64,000 bases of DNA from a virus (IMGVR_UViG_3300031867_000020:32001-96000), one strand, 5' to 3'. Positions 45,776 to 54,765 are shown, counted from the stretch's first letter. Numbers and translations are program-made. The notes: generated from the letters alone by a model not told the origin.

Positions 45776-45864
45776 TTTTAGTCACATAGTTAGTCAACAG
45801 GCAATCCCCGAAGGCGTTGATTTACAAGGGTTTCAAGAACATTTTTAGTCACAAAGTTAGTCAC
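45776..45864. repeat. putative integrase arm-binding repeats
   Basis: TTTTAGTCACA(T/A)AGTTAGTCA twice (45776-45796, 45843-45863), i.e. four TTAGTCA units. Confidence 0.7.
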
Positions 45865-46918
45865 GTAACCTATCAAATTGGTAACATTTGGAAATTGCTT
45901 CGGTGGCATCTGTCGAAGTGTTTCTTCCTTTATCATAATATTTTAAAGTCATCTGAGGGGTGGTATGACCGAGCATTTTTTGAACAAGCTTCAAGTCATG
46001 GGTTATTGCGGAGATATCTGTGGCTACCGTGGTGCGAAATCTGCGCGGGGTAATTGGTTCGCTGAAGCCTGTGTCTCTTTTAATTCTTTTGCGCATAGAG
46101 CGCAATTGAGTATAGGAAAGCGGCTTTTCTCCTCCGACAACAAATTCATCTGCTCTGCCTTTCAACGGAAGATACTGAATCATTTCCTGAGATATCCTCA
46201 GATCTCTTTTACTTGAAGAAGTTTTTGTACCTTCACAGAAGTATGGTTCGTTTCTTGTCGGGTGAGAGACAGTTGTTCTGATATGAATGATATTGTTTTT
46301 TAAATCTACGTTCTTCCATTGTAAACCAAGAACTTCTTCCGGTCTGAGCGGTAAACAGATAGATAAAGCAAGCCAAGCTTTATCGTACTTGTCTTTTACT
46401 TTATTTAAATTTGTAGCAAGATAACGCATTTGCTCGACTGAATATGGTTTGGTTGCATCGGAGTCCTGACCTTTAATTTTCAACGAAGGAGAATCCATAG
46501 GGTTTCGGTCGATAAGTTTATCTTCATATGCTGCTTTAAAAATTTGATTTAGAACATTTTTTGTTTTGTTTTTTGTGCTCTGTTTGGTATCGGACGACAT
46601 ACTGTTAAAAACTTCTTGAATGTCGGCAACTGTTATTTCTTCCATAATTTTGTTGCCTATCACAGGATAGATATGCAAATGCAATTGTCGCTTATAAGAA
46701 ATAGCCGTAACTTTGCTGATGTTTGGTTCTGAAAAAGTATGAAACCAATTATCTGCGTAGAATTGAAATTCGGTTTTACTGCAAGACTTACTCAACGTTT
46801 GACCGCTTAACAGTCTGCCAACATTTTCTGCGTACTCTTGTTCAGAGTTAGCACACACCCACATGTCAACATTATTTACTTTGATGTGTCTTCTTATCTT
46901 TGAGCTATTGTTTGGCAC
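45857..46918 (-). CDS. int: tyrosine integrase
   Basis: LRPEE.LGL.W..VD, KT..S.R, PRRFR, LGH, Y motifs. Start proposed at GTG 46918 (GAAGGAGA RBS); track ORF extends to 47092. Confidence 0.9.
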   Translation of the reverse strand: MPNNSSKIRRHIKVNNVDMWVCANSEQEYAENVGRLLSGQTLSKSCSKTEFQFYADNWFHTFSEPNISKVTAISYKRQLHLHIYPVIGNKIMEEITVADIQEVFNSMSSDTKQSTKNKTKNVLNQIFKAAYEDKLIDRNPMDSPSLKIKGQDSDATKPYSVEQMRYLATNLNKVKDKYDKAWLALSICLPLRPEEVLGLQWKNVDLKNNIIHIRTTVSHPTRNEPYFCEGTKTSSSKRDLRISQEMIQYLPLKGRADEFVVGGEKPLSYTQLRSMRKRIKRDTGFSEPITPRRFRTTVATDISAITHDLKLVQKMLGHTTPQMTLKYYDKGRNTSTDATEAISKCYQFDRLRD

Positions 46919-47024
46919 GGTAAAATCTCCTTCTTCTGGAGCATTCACTATACAGTTGCCAAGGTTCAAAGACAGAAGATCGCAAAGCTTGTCCAGCCTT
47001 GTGAGGATCTCCTGCTGTTGTTTC

Positions 47025-47052
47025 ATTATAGCATCACTTCCCAAAAACACAA
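47025..47052 (-). promoter_or_regulatory. integrase promoter (extended -10)
   Basis: Minus strand TG-c-TATAAT at 47033-47025; weak -35 TTGTGT. Confidence 0.55.
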
Positions 47053-47057
47053 GAATA

Positions 47058-47082
47058 GGGCGGCGTTTTGGTAACGCCACCC
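47058..47082 (-). terminator. terminator separating the leftward operon from the integrase
   Basis: GGGTGGCGTT-accaa-AACGCCGCCC followed by a T-rich run on the minus strand. Confidence 0.6.
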
Positions 47083-47101
47083 AGCTCAACACGGTTAAAA
47101 A

Positions 47102-47665
47102 TTATGTATGGTATTCATATTTAATAAGCCACTCGACCTTGCCATTCTTGCACATCAGATCTCTGTATTCGTCGGTTGTCTTCGTGTACTTTTCTTTCGC
47201 GCTGCTAATCTTTTTCAGCAGATACTCCGGCCTGAGATCAGCCCTGCAAACTGGACAGAAATTATTCTTCAAATAGCTTTTTGCCAGCTTACTGCCACAG
47301 TTCTTGCAGGTAAGCATGGCGCTGGTCAGCTTCTCGGGATAAAGGAAGTTCGCCGCTTCATCAAATGCAAGCTTTTGTTTCCGAAGCTTGTTATACAAAT
47401 TCTTTTCTTTTGCGGTTTCCGGAGCTATCTTCTCGGCATGATACCGTACAGCAAGGTTGTCGTACCAACCGCGATCCTTGCGCTTGATGACATCTTCTGC
47501 TTCCTGCTCATTCTTGCATACAGGAACATCTTCCAGCCAACGGATTTTGTCAATACCGTCACCACCTTCGCCGGCAGTTTGCCTTTGCACGTAAGAATTA
47601 ATTTCTTTGAAAACAGCCTGTCGGTTACAATTTTCATCAAAACTCATATACTCAATGTTATGCAT
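47102..47665 (-). CDS. hypothetical protein with zinc ribbon
   Basis: CKNC...CPVC; GAGGT RBS. Confidence 0.75.
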   Translation of the reverse strand: MHNIEYMSFDENCNRQAVFKEINSYVQRQTAGEGGDGIDKIRWLEDVPVCKNEQEAEDVIKRKDRGWYDNLAVRYHAEKIAPETAKEKNLYNKLRKQKLAFDEAANFLYPEKLTSAMLTCKNCGSKLAKSYLKNNFCPVCRADLRPEYLLKKISSAKEKYTKTTDEYRDLMCKNGKVEWLIKYEYHT

Positions 47666-47909
47666 TTTCTACCTCTTTATAATCATCTGTATTTCCAATA
47701 GCTTCCATAAGACTTTCAAATATTTGTGCGAAAGCATCTTCTTTTGATTTTATGTCAGATGGAATACATGTACTATCTCACCATAGATCAATGTCTGTTA
47801 TTGCTAATAGTTTCTTAGTTGCCATTGTTAAGAAAACCAATTCCTAAAATTATCCTCACAGACTTGTTCATCATAATTATGAAAGAGAATTTGTTTAGCT
47901 ATCTTTTCT

Positions 47910-48452
47910 TTATTCCTCGTCAAAATGAATTTCGTCTTTTGCTCTAATCATATTATCAGAAACGCCTTCTTTAAACCAAATGATAAGTCGGTCCTTTTCG
48001 AAAATTGGCTTTCTCAAATCAGACCATTTCCAGTATTCCATGAGAAGATAATATGATTTACCTAAAAAGTCTTCCCTACGAATTACTTTTCCATTTTCTG
48101 CATCAATAACATCTCCGTTTTCAATTCGAATGCCGTAATGAAGTTTGTTTTCAGGTCTATCTCTATAAACAATTTGACAAACATTGTATTTTATTTTTTC
48201 AGGTTTGGATATTTCAGGCTCATCTGTCTCGAAATCAGGATTTTCAGACGCGGCATCGATCATCCAGCCGAGATAAACCTGAGCTTTCTTCAGATCTTCA
48301 ACGCCGCCCTTCTTTCGCCAACGTGAAACATACTTTAACACATTGCCGCCGCAGTATTCAATGAATCCTTCATGCGTCAATGTGTCACGAATATAATCAA
48401 TGACTTCTATCCTTTTGTCTGCATAGTGAACAGGACTGTTGACCATATCCAT
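47910..48452 (-). CDS. DUF3310 domain protein
   Basis: 'DMVN.P.HY....IEVIDYI', 'GNVLKYVSRW..KGG.EDLKKA..YL'. Confidence 0.85.
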   Translation of the reverse strand: MDMVNSPVHYADKRIEVIDYIRDTLTHEGFIEYCGGNVLKYVSRWRKKGGVEDLKKAQVYLGWMIDAASENPDFETDEPEISKPEKIKYNVCQIVYRDRPENKLHYGIRIENGDVIDAENGKVIRREDFLGKSYYLLMEYWKWSDLRKPIFEKDRLIIWFKEGVSDNMIRAKDEIHFDEE

Positions 48453-48464
48453 ATAGAAATCCTC

Positions 48465-48743
48465 CTACAGATAGTTTTTTCCGAATACTTCCATCCATTT
48501 TTCATGACTGTATTTTTCTTCAAAAGCTTTCTGGGCATCTCGTTTAAGTTGCAGGTTAAGATCTATTTCATATTGGGCTCCATGATCGCCCGTGTGAAGA
48601 TCATGGTTTAGCCAGACCCACAAACCATATTTTTCTGAAAGCTTTCTGTTTGCTGTGCCAGCCATGATGTGATGTTTTTCAAGGTTGATCCTGCTTCCTG
48701 AGATATAGCACTCTTTTTTCGTCTGAAGAATAGAATCACTCAT
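48465..48743 (-). CDS. small His/Cys phage protein (HNH-like)
   Basis: 'SILQ..KECY', 'HH...G..NRK.SEKYGL.VWL....H', 'FGKNYL'. Confidence 0.7.
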   Translation of the reverse strand: MSDSILQTKKECYISGSRINLEKHHIMAGTANRKLSEKYGLWVWLNHDLHTGDHGAQYEIDLNLQLKRDAQKAFEEKYSHEKWMEVFGKNYL

Positions 48744-49107
48744 GTATCTCACCAATTGAAATGAACTTGCCTTCCTGGCTGTTGGCAAGTGCGAGCTTTA
48801 TAGCTCTTTTAAGACCTCTGGCAACTCCGTAATGCCTTTGCTTTCGTTCACTCTCGGCTTCTGTTTTCAGCGCTTGAAGCAGATCCATAGTGTCATTGAA
48901 GGTTCTAATTTTTGGCTTGTCTCTTTTACCAAGCGGACAGTCTTCGGTGTTGTAAAAATCCGCAAAGCTATGTAGCCCTTGTGTTTTTATATTTGAGCGG
49001 TGACGAAAACACGATGTATCGTTGCATTTGTCGCTCATACAGAACGTGATGTCATCACAGATCCAATCAATGAAATTCTTGGCTTTCTGTCTTTCCACTC
49101 TGCTCAA
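48736..49107 (-). CDS. hypothetical protein
   Basis: Cys-rich N-terminal half (DDITFC...C....C.R); TTG start with GGAGG RBS. Confidence 0.65.
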   Translation of the reverse strand: MSRVERQKAKNFIDWICDDITFCMSDKCNDTSCFRHRSNIKTQGLHSFADFYNTEDCPLGKRDKPKIRTFNDTMDLLQALKTEAESERKQRHYGVARGLKRAIKLALANSQEGKFISIGEIHE

Positions 49108-49271
49108 GCGTTTTCCTCCTTCGTTTTAATTAGCTTTTTGACTTCAGTGATTGTATCGAGATACTGACTATACATTTCTTGCATTTTTCCACCAGGTATA
49201 GCATTCATATAACATCGGGTGAAGTATGCATCTATCTCGTTCAGTGTTTCAAAAAGTGTCTTCTCCTCCAT
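49104..49271 (-). CDS. small hypothetical protein (55 aa)
   Basis: MEEKTLFETLNEIDAYF...; stop overlaps the next gene's start. Confidence 0.55.
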   Translation of the reverse strand: MEEKTLFETLNEIDAYFTRCYMNAIPGGKMQEMYSQYLDTITEVKKLIKTKEENA

Positions 49272-49440
49272 CTTCAGTCTCTCTCTTCCATTCGTTATAA
49301 GTAGTAGTCTGCAAAAGCTTCATGATATCTCCAGAAATATCCTGAAGTGCCTAATCCGGGTCGACGCCGCAATCAATAGCAAAGTTGCAGATTTCGCTTA
49401 TGATATGTACCAGAAACTCTATGTAATCGTATGTCTTCAT
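49249..49440 (-). pseudogene. small gene with internal TAG
   Basis: MKTYDYIEFLVHIISEICNFAIDCGVDPD*ALQDISGDIMKLLQTTTYNEWKRETEDGGEDTF; AAAGGA RBS. Confidence 0.45.
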
Positions 49441-49451
49441 GTTTTGTCCTT

Positions 49452-50159
49452 TCAGTAGTATACAGCTTCCTCCCGGTTGATGAAAAAGTGAATGCCACTC
49501 GCGCACTCGTTCCAGCGGTCTTCGTCAAACGGGCTTTCCGGCTCGACGGTTTCACCAACTCTGTATGCGAAGTGATTATCGTAGGTGGAGTGGGCTGTAT
49601 CAATATCCGCTTTCGTGCCGTCGATGTTCTGAATCTCCAACACCAGAGCCTTGTCACAGCGACACTTTCTGCCCGTGGCACTACAGCGCTTCGCGTCCTC
49701 TGGTATCTGTAACTTAACAATTAAATTTTTTGAGCACTTTTTCCAGCCGATGAATGAGCCTGTATCTGGGCACATCATCGCAACAATTGGAGTGTTTTTT
49801 GCTCCACGCAGGTTTGCTACAAATATGTTTACTCCGTGCAAGTTGGTTCTGTACAAATTGGTTTCGTGCAAGTCGGCTCCGTACAGGTCGGCTCCAAACA
49901 GGTCGGTTTCGTATAACTTGGCTCCGTGCAGGTCGGCTCTGTACAGGTTAGCTTCACACAGTTTGGCTTCGCGCAAGTCGGCTCCGGATAAGTTGGCTTT
50001 GTACAGATTAGCTCCGGACAGATCGACTCTAAACAGGTTGGCTCCGTGCAGGTCGGCTTCGGACAGATCGGCTCTATCGTATTCATCCGGATCACTACTT
50101 GACACCCACCGTTTGTGCGCTTCCAGAACCTCTTTAAGATTTTTCCCATCATATTTCAT
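49452..50159 (-). CDS. pentapeptide repeat protein (DUF5758-like C-terminus)
   Basis: Tandem A(D/N)LxX repeats, then 'IVKL.IP.DAKR.SATGRKCRC.KA.V', 'F...RW.EC..GIHFF'. Confidence 0.9.
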   Translation of the reverse strand: MKYDGKNLKEVLEAHKRWVSSSDPDEYDRADLSEADLHGANLFRVDLSGANLYKANLSGADLREAKLCEANLYRADLHGAKLYETDLFGADLYGADLHETNLYRTNLHGVNIFVANLRGAKNTPIVAMMCPDTGSFIGWKKCSKNLIVKLQIPEDAKRCSATGRKCRCDKALVLEIQNIDGTKADIDTAHSTYDNHFAYRVGETVEPESPFDEDRWNECASGIHFFINREEAVYY

Positions 50160-50187
50160 ATTGCTGTTCTCCTTTTGTAAAGCGATT

Positions 50188-50394
50188 CTACACTATAACC
50201 GCTTCTGCATAACTGCGGCTTTTCCCTAAATGTTTCAGATATTGTTCCCAACACGCGACGCCAACAGGATTAGGACAACAAGTGTCACGAAAGTCGCAAT
50301 ACTGTGGTAGCCATTCATCTATGTTGTTGAAATTACAGGCGCAATCATCACCCAATAAATCCGCAATGATGATGGCTATTTCATGGTTATTCAT
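50188..50394 (-). CDS. small Cys-rich hypothetical protein
   Basis: 68 aa, translationally coupled to its upstream neighbour. Confidence 0.6.
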   Translation of the reverse strand: MNNHEIAIIIADLLGDDCACNFNNIDEWLPQYCDFRDTCCPNPVGVACWEQYLKHLGKSRSYAEAVIV

Positions 50395-50768
50395 ACTTCT
50401 TCCTCCGGCGGCTCCGGCAACGGCATATAGTGCGTTACTGTTACACCAGCGGCAGTCGCGAGGCAGTTCTCAGTTTCAATGTACCATTCGTGCCGTGATG
50501 TAAGCCATTCGGCATTTACCGGGACTTTCCATCTGCGTCCTGTCTTATTGGTGACGCAGGATACAAGGTAATGTCCTGATATTTTTGGTAGCTTGTCCTT
50601 GACACTAATCCAGCCGCAGACGGTCGGGGCATCATCCAGCATCGAGCAAATGTCCATCAACGTGTAGCCATAGACGTATCGGCAATCTCGTGAATTTCTC
50701 TCGCAATCTTCACAACGGTCAGCCATACGATGCTCTTTTTTGAGTGCGTCAACGTCAATCAGTCTCAT
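50391..50768 (-). CDS. DUF551 domain protein
   Basis: 'MRLID.DAL', 'GWISVKDKLP', 'VTHYMPLPEPP'. Confidence 0.8.
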   Translation of the reverse strand: MRLIDVDALKKEHRMADRCEDCERNSRDCRYVYGYTLMDICSMLDDAPTVCGWISVKDKLPKISGHYLVSCVTNKTGRRWKVPVNAEWLTSRHEWYIETENCLATAAGVTVTHYMPLPEPPEEEV

Positions 50769-51007
50769 ACACGTTTTCCTCGCAAGTGTCTCTTTACCGA
50801 CTGAATAAATTCATCTGCTTCGCTCTCAGACTTAAAATAGTGACCGTTCCCGCGATATTGAACAGACCAAGGGTATTCGTCGCCCTCGGCATAGAACAAC
50901 ACAACAGGATCACTACCAACAAATCCGGCACGTACTGGTTTAAAGCGCGGATCGTTTTTGTAATGAAGTTTCCAATTTTGAAAAGCAACAGTAGATTCTG
51001 CTTCCAT
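50765..51007 (-). CDS. hypothetical protein
   Basis: 80 aa; ATGA coupling. Confidence 0.6.
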   Translation of the reverse strand: MEAESTVAFQNWKLHYKNDPRFKPVRAGFVGSDPVVLFYAEGDEYPWSVQYRGNGHYFKSESEADEFIQSVKRHLRGKRV

Positions 51008-51125
51008 TTTTTCTTTTCTCCCTTCTTACAGATAGCTCTTTTAAAGCAATTCAACAAATTTCTGATACCTGTATAGGACTTCAAGCCTTTGCTTTATTGC
51101 TTTTTAATTATTAAAATACAAGAAT

Positions 51126-51317
51126 TCAAGCATCCTCGCTCACCTTTGGCGATTCGTAAGCTACAGGGTGCACCATACTTGCCCAAAGAGAAACTCCGCA
51201 AACAGGACAAGTAATATAACAATATGAGACTTCACATGCTTTGTACCTAATAACAGATTTACATTCTTCACAAGTGACTTCATATATTGGAACACCATTT
51301 GCTTTAACAATTTTCAT
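51126..51317 (-). CDS. small zinc-ribbon protein
   Basis: Start revised to MKIVKANG; CEEC...CPVC. Confidence 0.65.
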   Translation of the reverse strand: MKIVKANGVPIYEVTCEECKSVIRYKACEVSYCYITCPVCGVSLWASMVHPVAYESPKVSEDA

Positions 51318-51684
51318 CTCTAATCGCCTCCTTCGGTGCTTGAGGGAGTGACATCCAGTGGGTGACAGGAGTACCGACGCCTTGCCATCTATCCTCATCA
51401 AATTCATATGAAAGCATAAGTACGGCTCCGCTCTCAAGTGCGACCAGATACCACTGTCGCCTGACAGGAAGGCCACAAACATCAGGTGGCCGTACAGGTA
51501 ATCTGTCCTCGACGCTGATCCAGCCGGACGGTTCCTGCTCTCTCAGCAGCTCCAACGCATCACTCATCAGATCGGCTTTGCACTCTACCCTGTAGACGAG
51601 ATTCTTGTACTCATACGGGCATCCATCTTCGCAACCATTGGCGCAGATTTTAAGCCATTGCATTACCTTCTCCTTGTCGATCAT
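51304..51684 (-). CDS. DUF551 domain protein
   Basis: 'GWISVEDRLP', 'VTHWMSLP'. Confidence 0.8.
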   Translation of the reverse strand: MIDKEKVMQWLKICANGCEDGCPYEYKNLVYRVECKADLMSDALELLREQEPSGWISVEDRLPVRPPDVCGLPVRRQWYLVALESGAVLMLSYEFDEDRWQGVGTPVTHWMSLPQAPKEAIRDENC

Positions 51685-51988
51685 TCCAATCCACCTTCCT
51701 GCCGCAGTTTCTGCAATACTGATCGTCTCTTCTGATGTCTATGCCGCACCAGCCGCAATAATATAAGTAGGTATTCTCCTTAGCGCTAATGAACTCAGAC
51801 GCGGGGCTGGTATACTTCAGAACCTTGGGAATCATTGTTTTTTCGCGCTGTCCGGATAAAAGATCAATTTCCTTGCGCTGTGACTCGATCAGGCTGATGG
51901 CATCATAGAAAACAGATTTTACAAGGGAGTCTTCTGTGGTATTGGCATAATACAGAAGACGTTTGATTGTTTTTTCGTAATCAGTCAT
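51650..51988 (-). CDS. zinc-ribbon protein
   Basis: Start revised to MTDYEK; CGWC...YCRNCGRKVDW. Confidence 0.65.
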   Translation of the reverse strand: MTDYEKTIKRLLYYANTTEDSLVKSVFYDAISLIESQRKEIDLLSGQREKTMIPKVLKYTSPASEFISAKENTYLYYCGWCGIDIRRDDQYCRNCGRKVDWNDRQGEGNAMA

Positions 51989-52166
51989 TTGATGTCTCTC
52001 CTTCAATAAGCTTTTTGGCATCAAGTAAAAGTTGTGTAAGACATTCGCCCCTGGATGTTTGCCGATATGGACAATTGTCACACATACCGATTACGCTGCT
52101 TTTAAATCGAGAGCAAGCATCAATGCCCTGAAGCGCTTTTTCACGAAGATCTGTCTGGTTTACCAT
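51981..52166 (-). CDS. small hypothetical protein
   Basis: 61 aa with CDNCPY. Confidence 0.6.
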   Translation of the reverse strand: MVNQTDLREKALQGIDACSRFKSSVIGMCDNCPYRQTSRGECLTQLLLDAKKLIEGETSND

Positions 52167-52461
52167 TCAATTTCCACCTCAACATTTGCCCGCAATAAGG
52201 ACAATAGGTAATAGTCCCATGGATAAGTCTTGTTCCTACCAGCTTTCCGCAAGTAGGACAAGTGCCAAAAAAGTTGTCATATACTCTTTCAGACGGATGC
52301 TCGTCTTCAACGTCCTTTTGTTTGTGCCGCTTTAATAATTCCAGCATATTCTTTGCGTCCTGATACAACATCGGAACAATATCGCATCCTTCGCAAGCTT
52401 CAACAGAGGCTTCGATGTTATCGTACAGATCTTCAAAATGATTCACAGCTTCTCCTCCCAA
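52141..52461 (-). CDS. zinc-ribbon protein
   Basis: CPTC...YCPYCGQ. Confidence 0.65.
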   Translation of the reverse strand: MGGEAVNHFEDLYDNIEASVEACEGCDIVPMLYQDAKNMLELLKRHKQKDVEDEHPSERVYDNFFGTCPTCGKLVGTRLIHGTITYCPYCGQMLRWKLNGKPDRSS

Positions 52462-52646
52462 TCAACAAGTCTGCCACACAACGGACAAAACTTTTCCTGC
52501 AGCTTCTTATTCATAAGGGCGCAATACAAATTAGGAACCTTCTCAATATATACAATTCCTTCTTTACAGCTGCCACAAACAACAGATCCGTCACGAAGAA
52601 CACGAGGTTTCACAGGTTTGTCTTCCATGTCATACATTTTTTTCAT
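52443..52646 (-). CDS. zinc-ribbon protein
   Basis: CGSC...FCPLCGR.VDW. Confidence 0.65.
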   Translation of the reverse strand: MKKMYDMEDKPVKPRVLRDGSVVCGSCKEGIVYIEKVPNLYCALMNKKLQEKFCPLCGRLVDWEEKL

Positions 52647-52968
52647 CCTCCCTTATATTATATTTCTTACGTCTTCCTTTAAATAACGGAGCGAGCTCTT
52701 CGCATTTTCTTTGAAGAGCCGCCCCGTCGTAAGATGTCAGAACTGTATACCATTTGCTTTTAAAGAATCTTTGACATTCGGGAATGATTTCTGCCGGTGT
52801 GTAAAGACGACTGTTTCCATTCACTCTGTAACTGTATCCATTTAGAGCATTAATATAATCTGTCGCGGCAACATCCACTATGGCATTGGCAAGTTCTTCG
52901 TAACAATAGTCTGTTGCATCATGGTACATTAACATCATGCCAGTGCTCATATATTCTTGGAGAACCAT
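52630..52968 (-). CDS. conserved phage hypothetical protein
   Basis: 'YEELANAIV..AA.DY..AL', 'EC.RFF.S.WY..LT..DG'; true start probably internal. Confidence 0.7.
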   Translation of the reverse strand: MVLQEYMSTGMMLMYHDATDYCYEELANAIVDVAATDYINALNGYSYRVNGNSRLYTPAEIIPECQRFFKSKWYTVLTSYDGAALQRKCEELAPLFKGRRKKYNIREDEKNV

Positions 52969-53227
52969 CGTCGTTTACCATTACAATCCATGTTCCGCTC
53001 TTCTTTGATACAGCATACATCACGCCATTGTGGTTATCCATCATAATGTAGTATGTATTGTTGTTGCCGTTATAGATCTCAGTAAATGGTTTTTGGTCGT
53101 TGGCGTAAGCCGTGCTGGTGATATAGAAACCATTTATCTTCATTAGTTCGATGGTACCGATCACCGTTACTACAACCAGCACAATACACAGAACCGTGAT
53201 AAATAAGACCCTAAACCTTTGTCTCAT
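52919..53227 (-). CDS. membrane-anchored hypothetical protein
   Basis: N-terminal TM; 'D...GV.Y', 'VMVN.DG.P..Y'. Confidence 0.65.
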   Translation of the reverse strand: MRQRFRVLFITVLCIVLVVVTVIGTIELMKINGFYITSTAYANDQKPFTEIYNGNNNTYYIMMDNHNGVMYAVSKKSGTWIVMVNDDGSPRIYEHWHDVNVP

Positions 53228-53228
53228 T

Positions 53229-53585
53229 TTATATCCTTTCCAAATAAAACTGGTGATCCATGAACTGATTATATCTATCGATTACTTTTTCGAGGATAGG
53301 AAAGTCATGAATCTCCTGTCCATAATTTTCACCATAAAACGGCATATATGGTTGTGCGTAATCGTCGTCAAGCACAAGAACAGAATCAAAGTCATTCCAT
53401 TCTGACAGGTCTTCATTTACAAAAGCAATGTTGATAGAAAAATTCAATTTGTCAGGAAGATCTTTTGCAACAAAAGACTTTCCAAGAAACCAATTGGCAT
53501 CTTTACGAATCCATTTTCCGCCTTTTAAGACATGGTTTGGCATATGAAAACCAGGTCTTATCCGGTAATGGTTGATCTGAGCCAT
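53229..53585 (-). CDS. hypothetical protein
   Basis: 118 aa; AAAGGAG RBS. Confidence 0.65.
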   Translation of the reverse strand: MAQINHYRIRPGFHMPNHVLKGGKWIRKDANWFLGKSFVAKDLPDKLNFSINIAFVNEDLSEWNDFDSVLVLDDDYAQPYMPFYGENYGQEIHDFPILEKVIDRYNQFMDHQFYLERI

Positions 53586-53626
53586 CGCAGTTTTCTCCTT
53601 TATTCAGTGACATTTTCCATTCTCTT

Positions 53627-54055
53627 TTACCATAGATCGTAGGTCGATCCGAAATGATACCCACGACGGAAAGTAGGAGTTTCAAGTTCCTCAAGGTCTT
53701 CTTCCTTCTGAACCTGCTTCAGCTGATCTCTCCAGTAGTTACGCTCTTTCCGGTTGCACTCTCTTTGCCACCAGTCTTTGTAGCTGCCCTTACCACCAGA
53801 TTCGTTCCACCAATGTTCAAAGTTCTGGTGTTTCCAGTAAGCCTCGATGTCACGAAGATCCTGCTCCAATCTGCGAAGAAGATATTTATACATGAAGTCA
53901 TCGGCGCAATCGAGCGCATTCAGCAGACTGCAGCGCCTGTGAGTAACATAATCCTCCCAGCTCGACGACCAATAAGCGCGTGCACGATCTTTCATTTTGC
54001 GCTTATGCTTCATTTTTGCTTTATGCCGATTGATTTGTTCGCCGTTCTCATACAT
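53627..54055 (-). CDS. hypothetical basic protein
   Basis: 142 aa; GAGGTG RBS. Confidence 0.65.
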   Translation of the reverse strand: MYENGEQINRHKAKMKHKRKMKDRARAYWSSSWEDYVTHRRCSLLNALDCADDFMYKYLLRRLEQDLRDIEAYWKHQNFEHWWNESGGKGSYKDWWQRECNRKERNYWRDQLKQVQKEEDLEELETPTFRRGYHFGSTYDLW

Positions 54056-54088
54056 AGAAACACCTCTTTACAGAATAATTTGCAAGAG

Positions 54089-54337
54089 TCAGTCTTCGTC
54101 GTCTCTTTTTAAGGCGATTTTCCAGAAGCAGTTGTCGACAGTTTCAATAGACTTTACGATAAGCTCTTCCTGCTTCATGCACCACTCAGCAACATCCTGA
54201 TTCTTTGTCAGGAATTTACGTCCATGCAGCAGCTCTTCCATGCCATAGCGGATAATGTTGTAGTCCCTGACAGACATTGTCCATGTGTCGATAGCTCTGG
54301 TAATGATCTCAGCCACCTGATCAAGTCTTGTTCCCAT
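54089..54337 (-). CDS. hypothetical protein
   Basis: Start revised to MGTRLDQ (GGAGGT RBS). Confidence 0.55.
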   Translation of the reverse strand: MGTRLDQVAEIITRAIDTWTMSVRDYNIIRYGMEELLHGRKFLTKNQDVAEWCMKQEELIVKSIETVDNCFWKIALKRDDED

Positions 54338-54734
54338 GCCAGACCTCCATTTCATCAGACGGTTCCATTGTGTCGCCCATGTAGAAGCGAATCGCCTTAT
54401 CCGATCCCACCCAATCCGCAAAACAGTTATACGCCCATCGTTCGTTAGGATGCCCCATTGGGTAGGCGATAATGCACGGCACTTTTCGGGCTTTCATCTC
54501 GTCTTTACAAAATCTGGAATTGCCACTATATTCGCCGTCTTTTGGTTCCAGAACTGCGTAATTGAACGGGAAAGCAATGTCACAACAGCCGGAAACATAT
54601 TCGTCATATACTTTTCCAGCGTTGTGTTCATATGGCGCGTCGTCCCAATCGTCGCCATGCCAGTCTTCCAGGCTGTCGGAACCAAGATAGAAACGCACAG
54701 TATTTCCTACATGATAGAAATCAATGATTTTCAT
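54321..54734 (-). CDS. hypothetical protein
   Basis: 'GDDWDDAPYEHNAG.VY' motif; AGGAG RBS. Confidence 0.7.
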   Translation of the reverse strand: MKIIDFYHVGNTVRFYLGSDSLEDWHGDDWDDAPYEHNAGKVYDEYVSGCCDIAFPFNYAVLEPKDGEYSGNSRFCKDEMKARKVPCIIAYPMGHPNERWAYNCFADWVGSDKAIRFYMGDTMEPSDEMEVWHGNKT

Positions 54735-54765
54735 TCATTATCTCTCCTGCAATTTTTACAAAAAA

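Noticed and set aside
45491-46053. + strand ORFs 45491-45748 and 45817-46053
   Set aside because: They overlap the terminator, attP and the integrase antisense strand, and have no RBS
46919-47092. N-terminal extension of the integrase in the ORF track
   Set aside because: It spans a terminator hairpin and a TGnTATAAT promoter, and the better RBS is at GTG 46918; ATG 47026 is not fully excluded
49810-50080. Periodic 15/30-bp DNA repeats resembling an array
   Set aside because: They are pentapeptide coding repeats without unique spacers; not CRISPR
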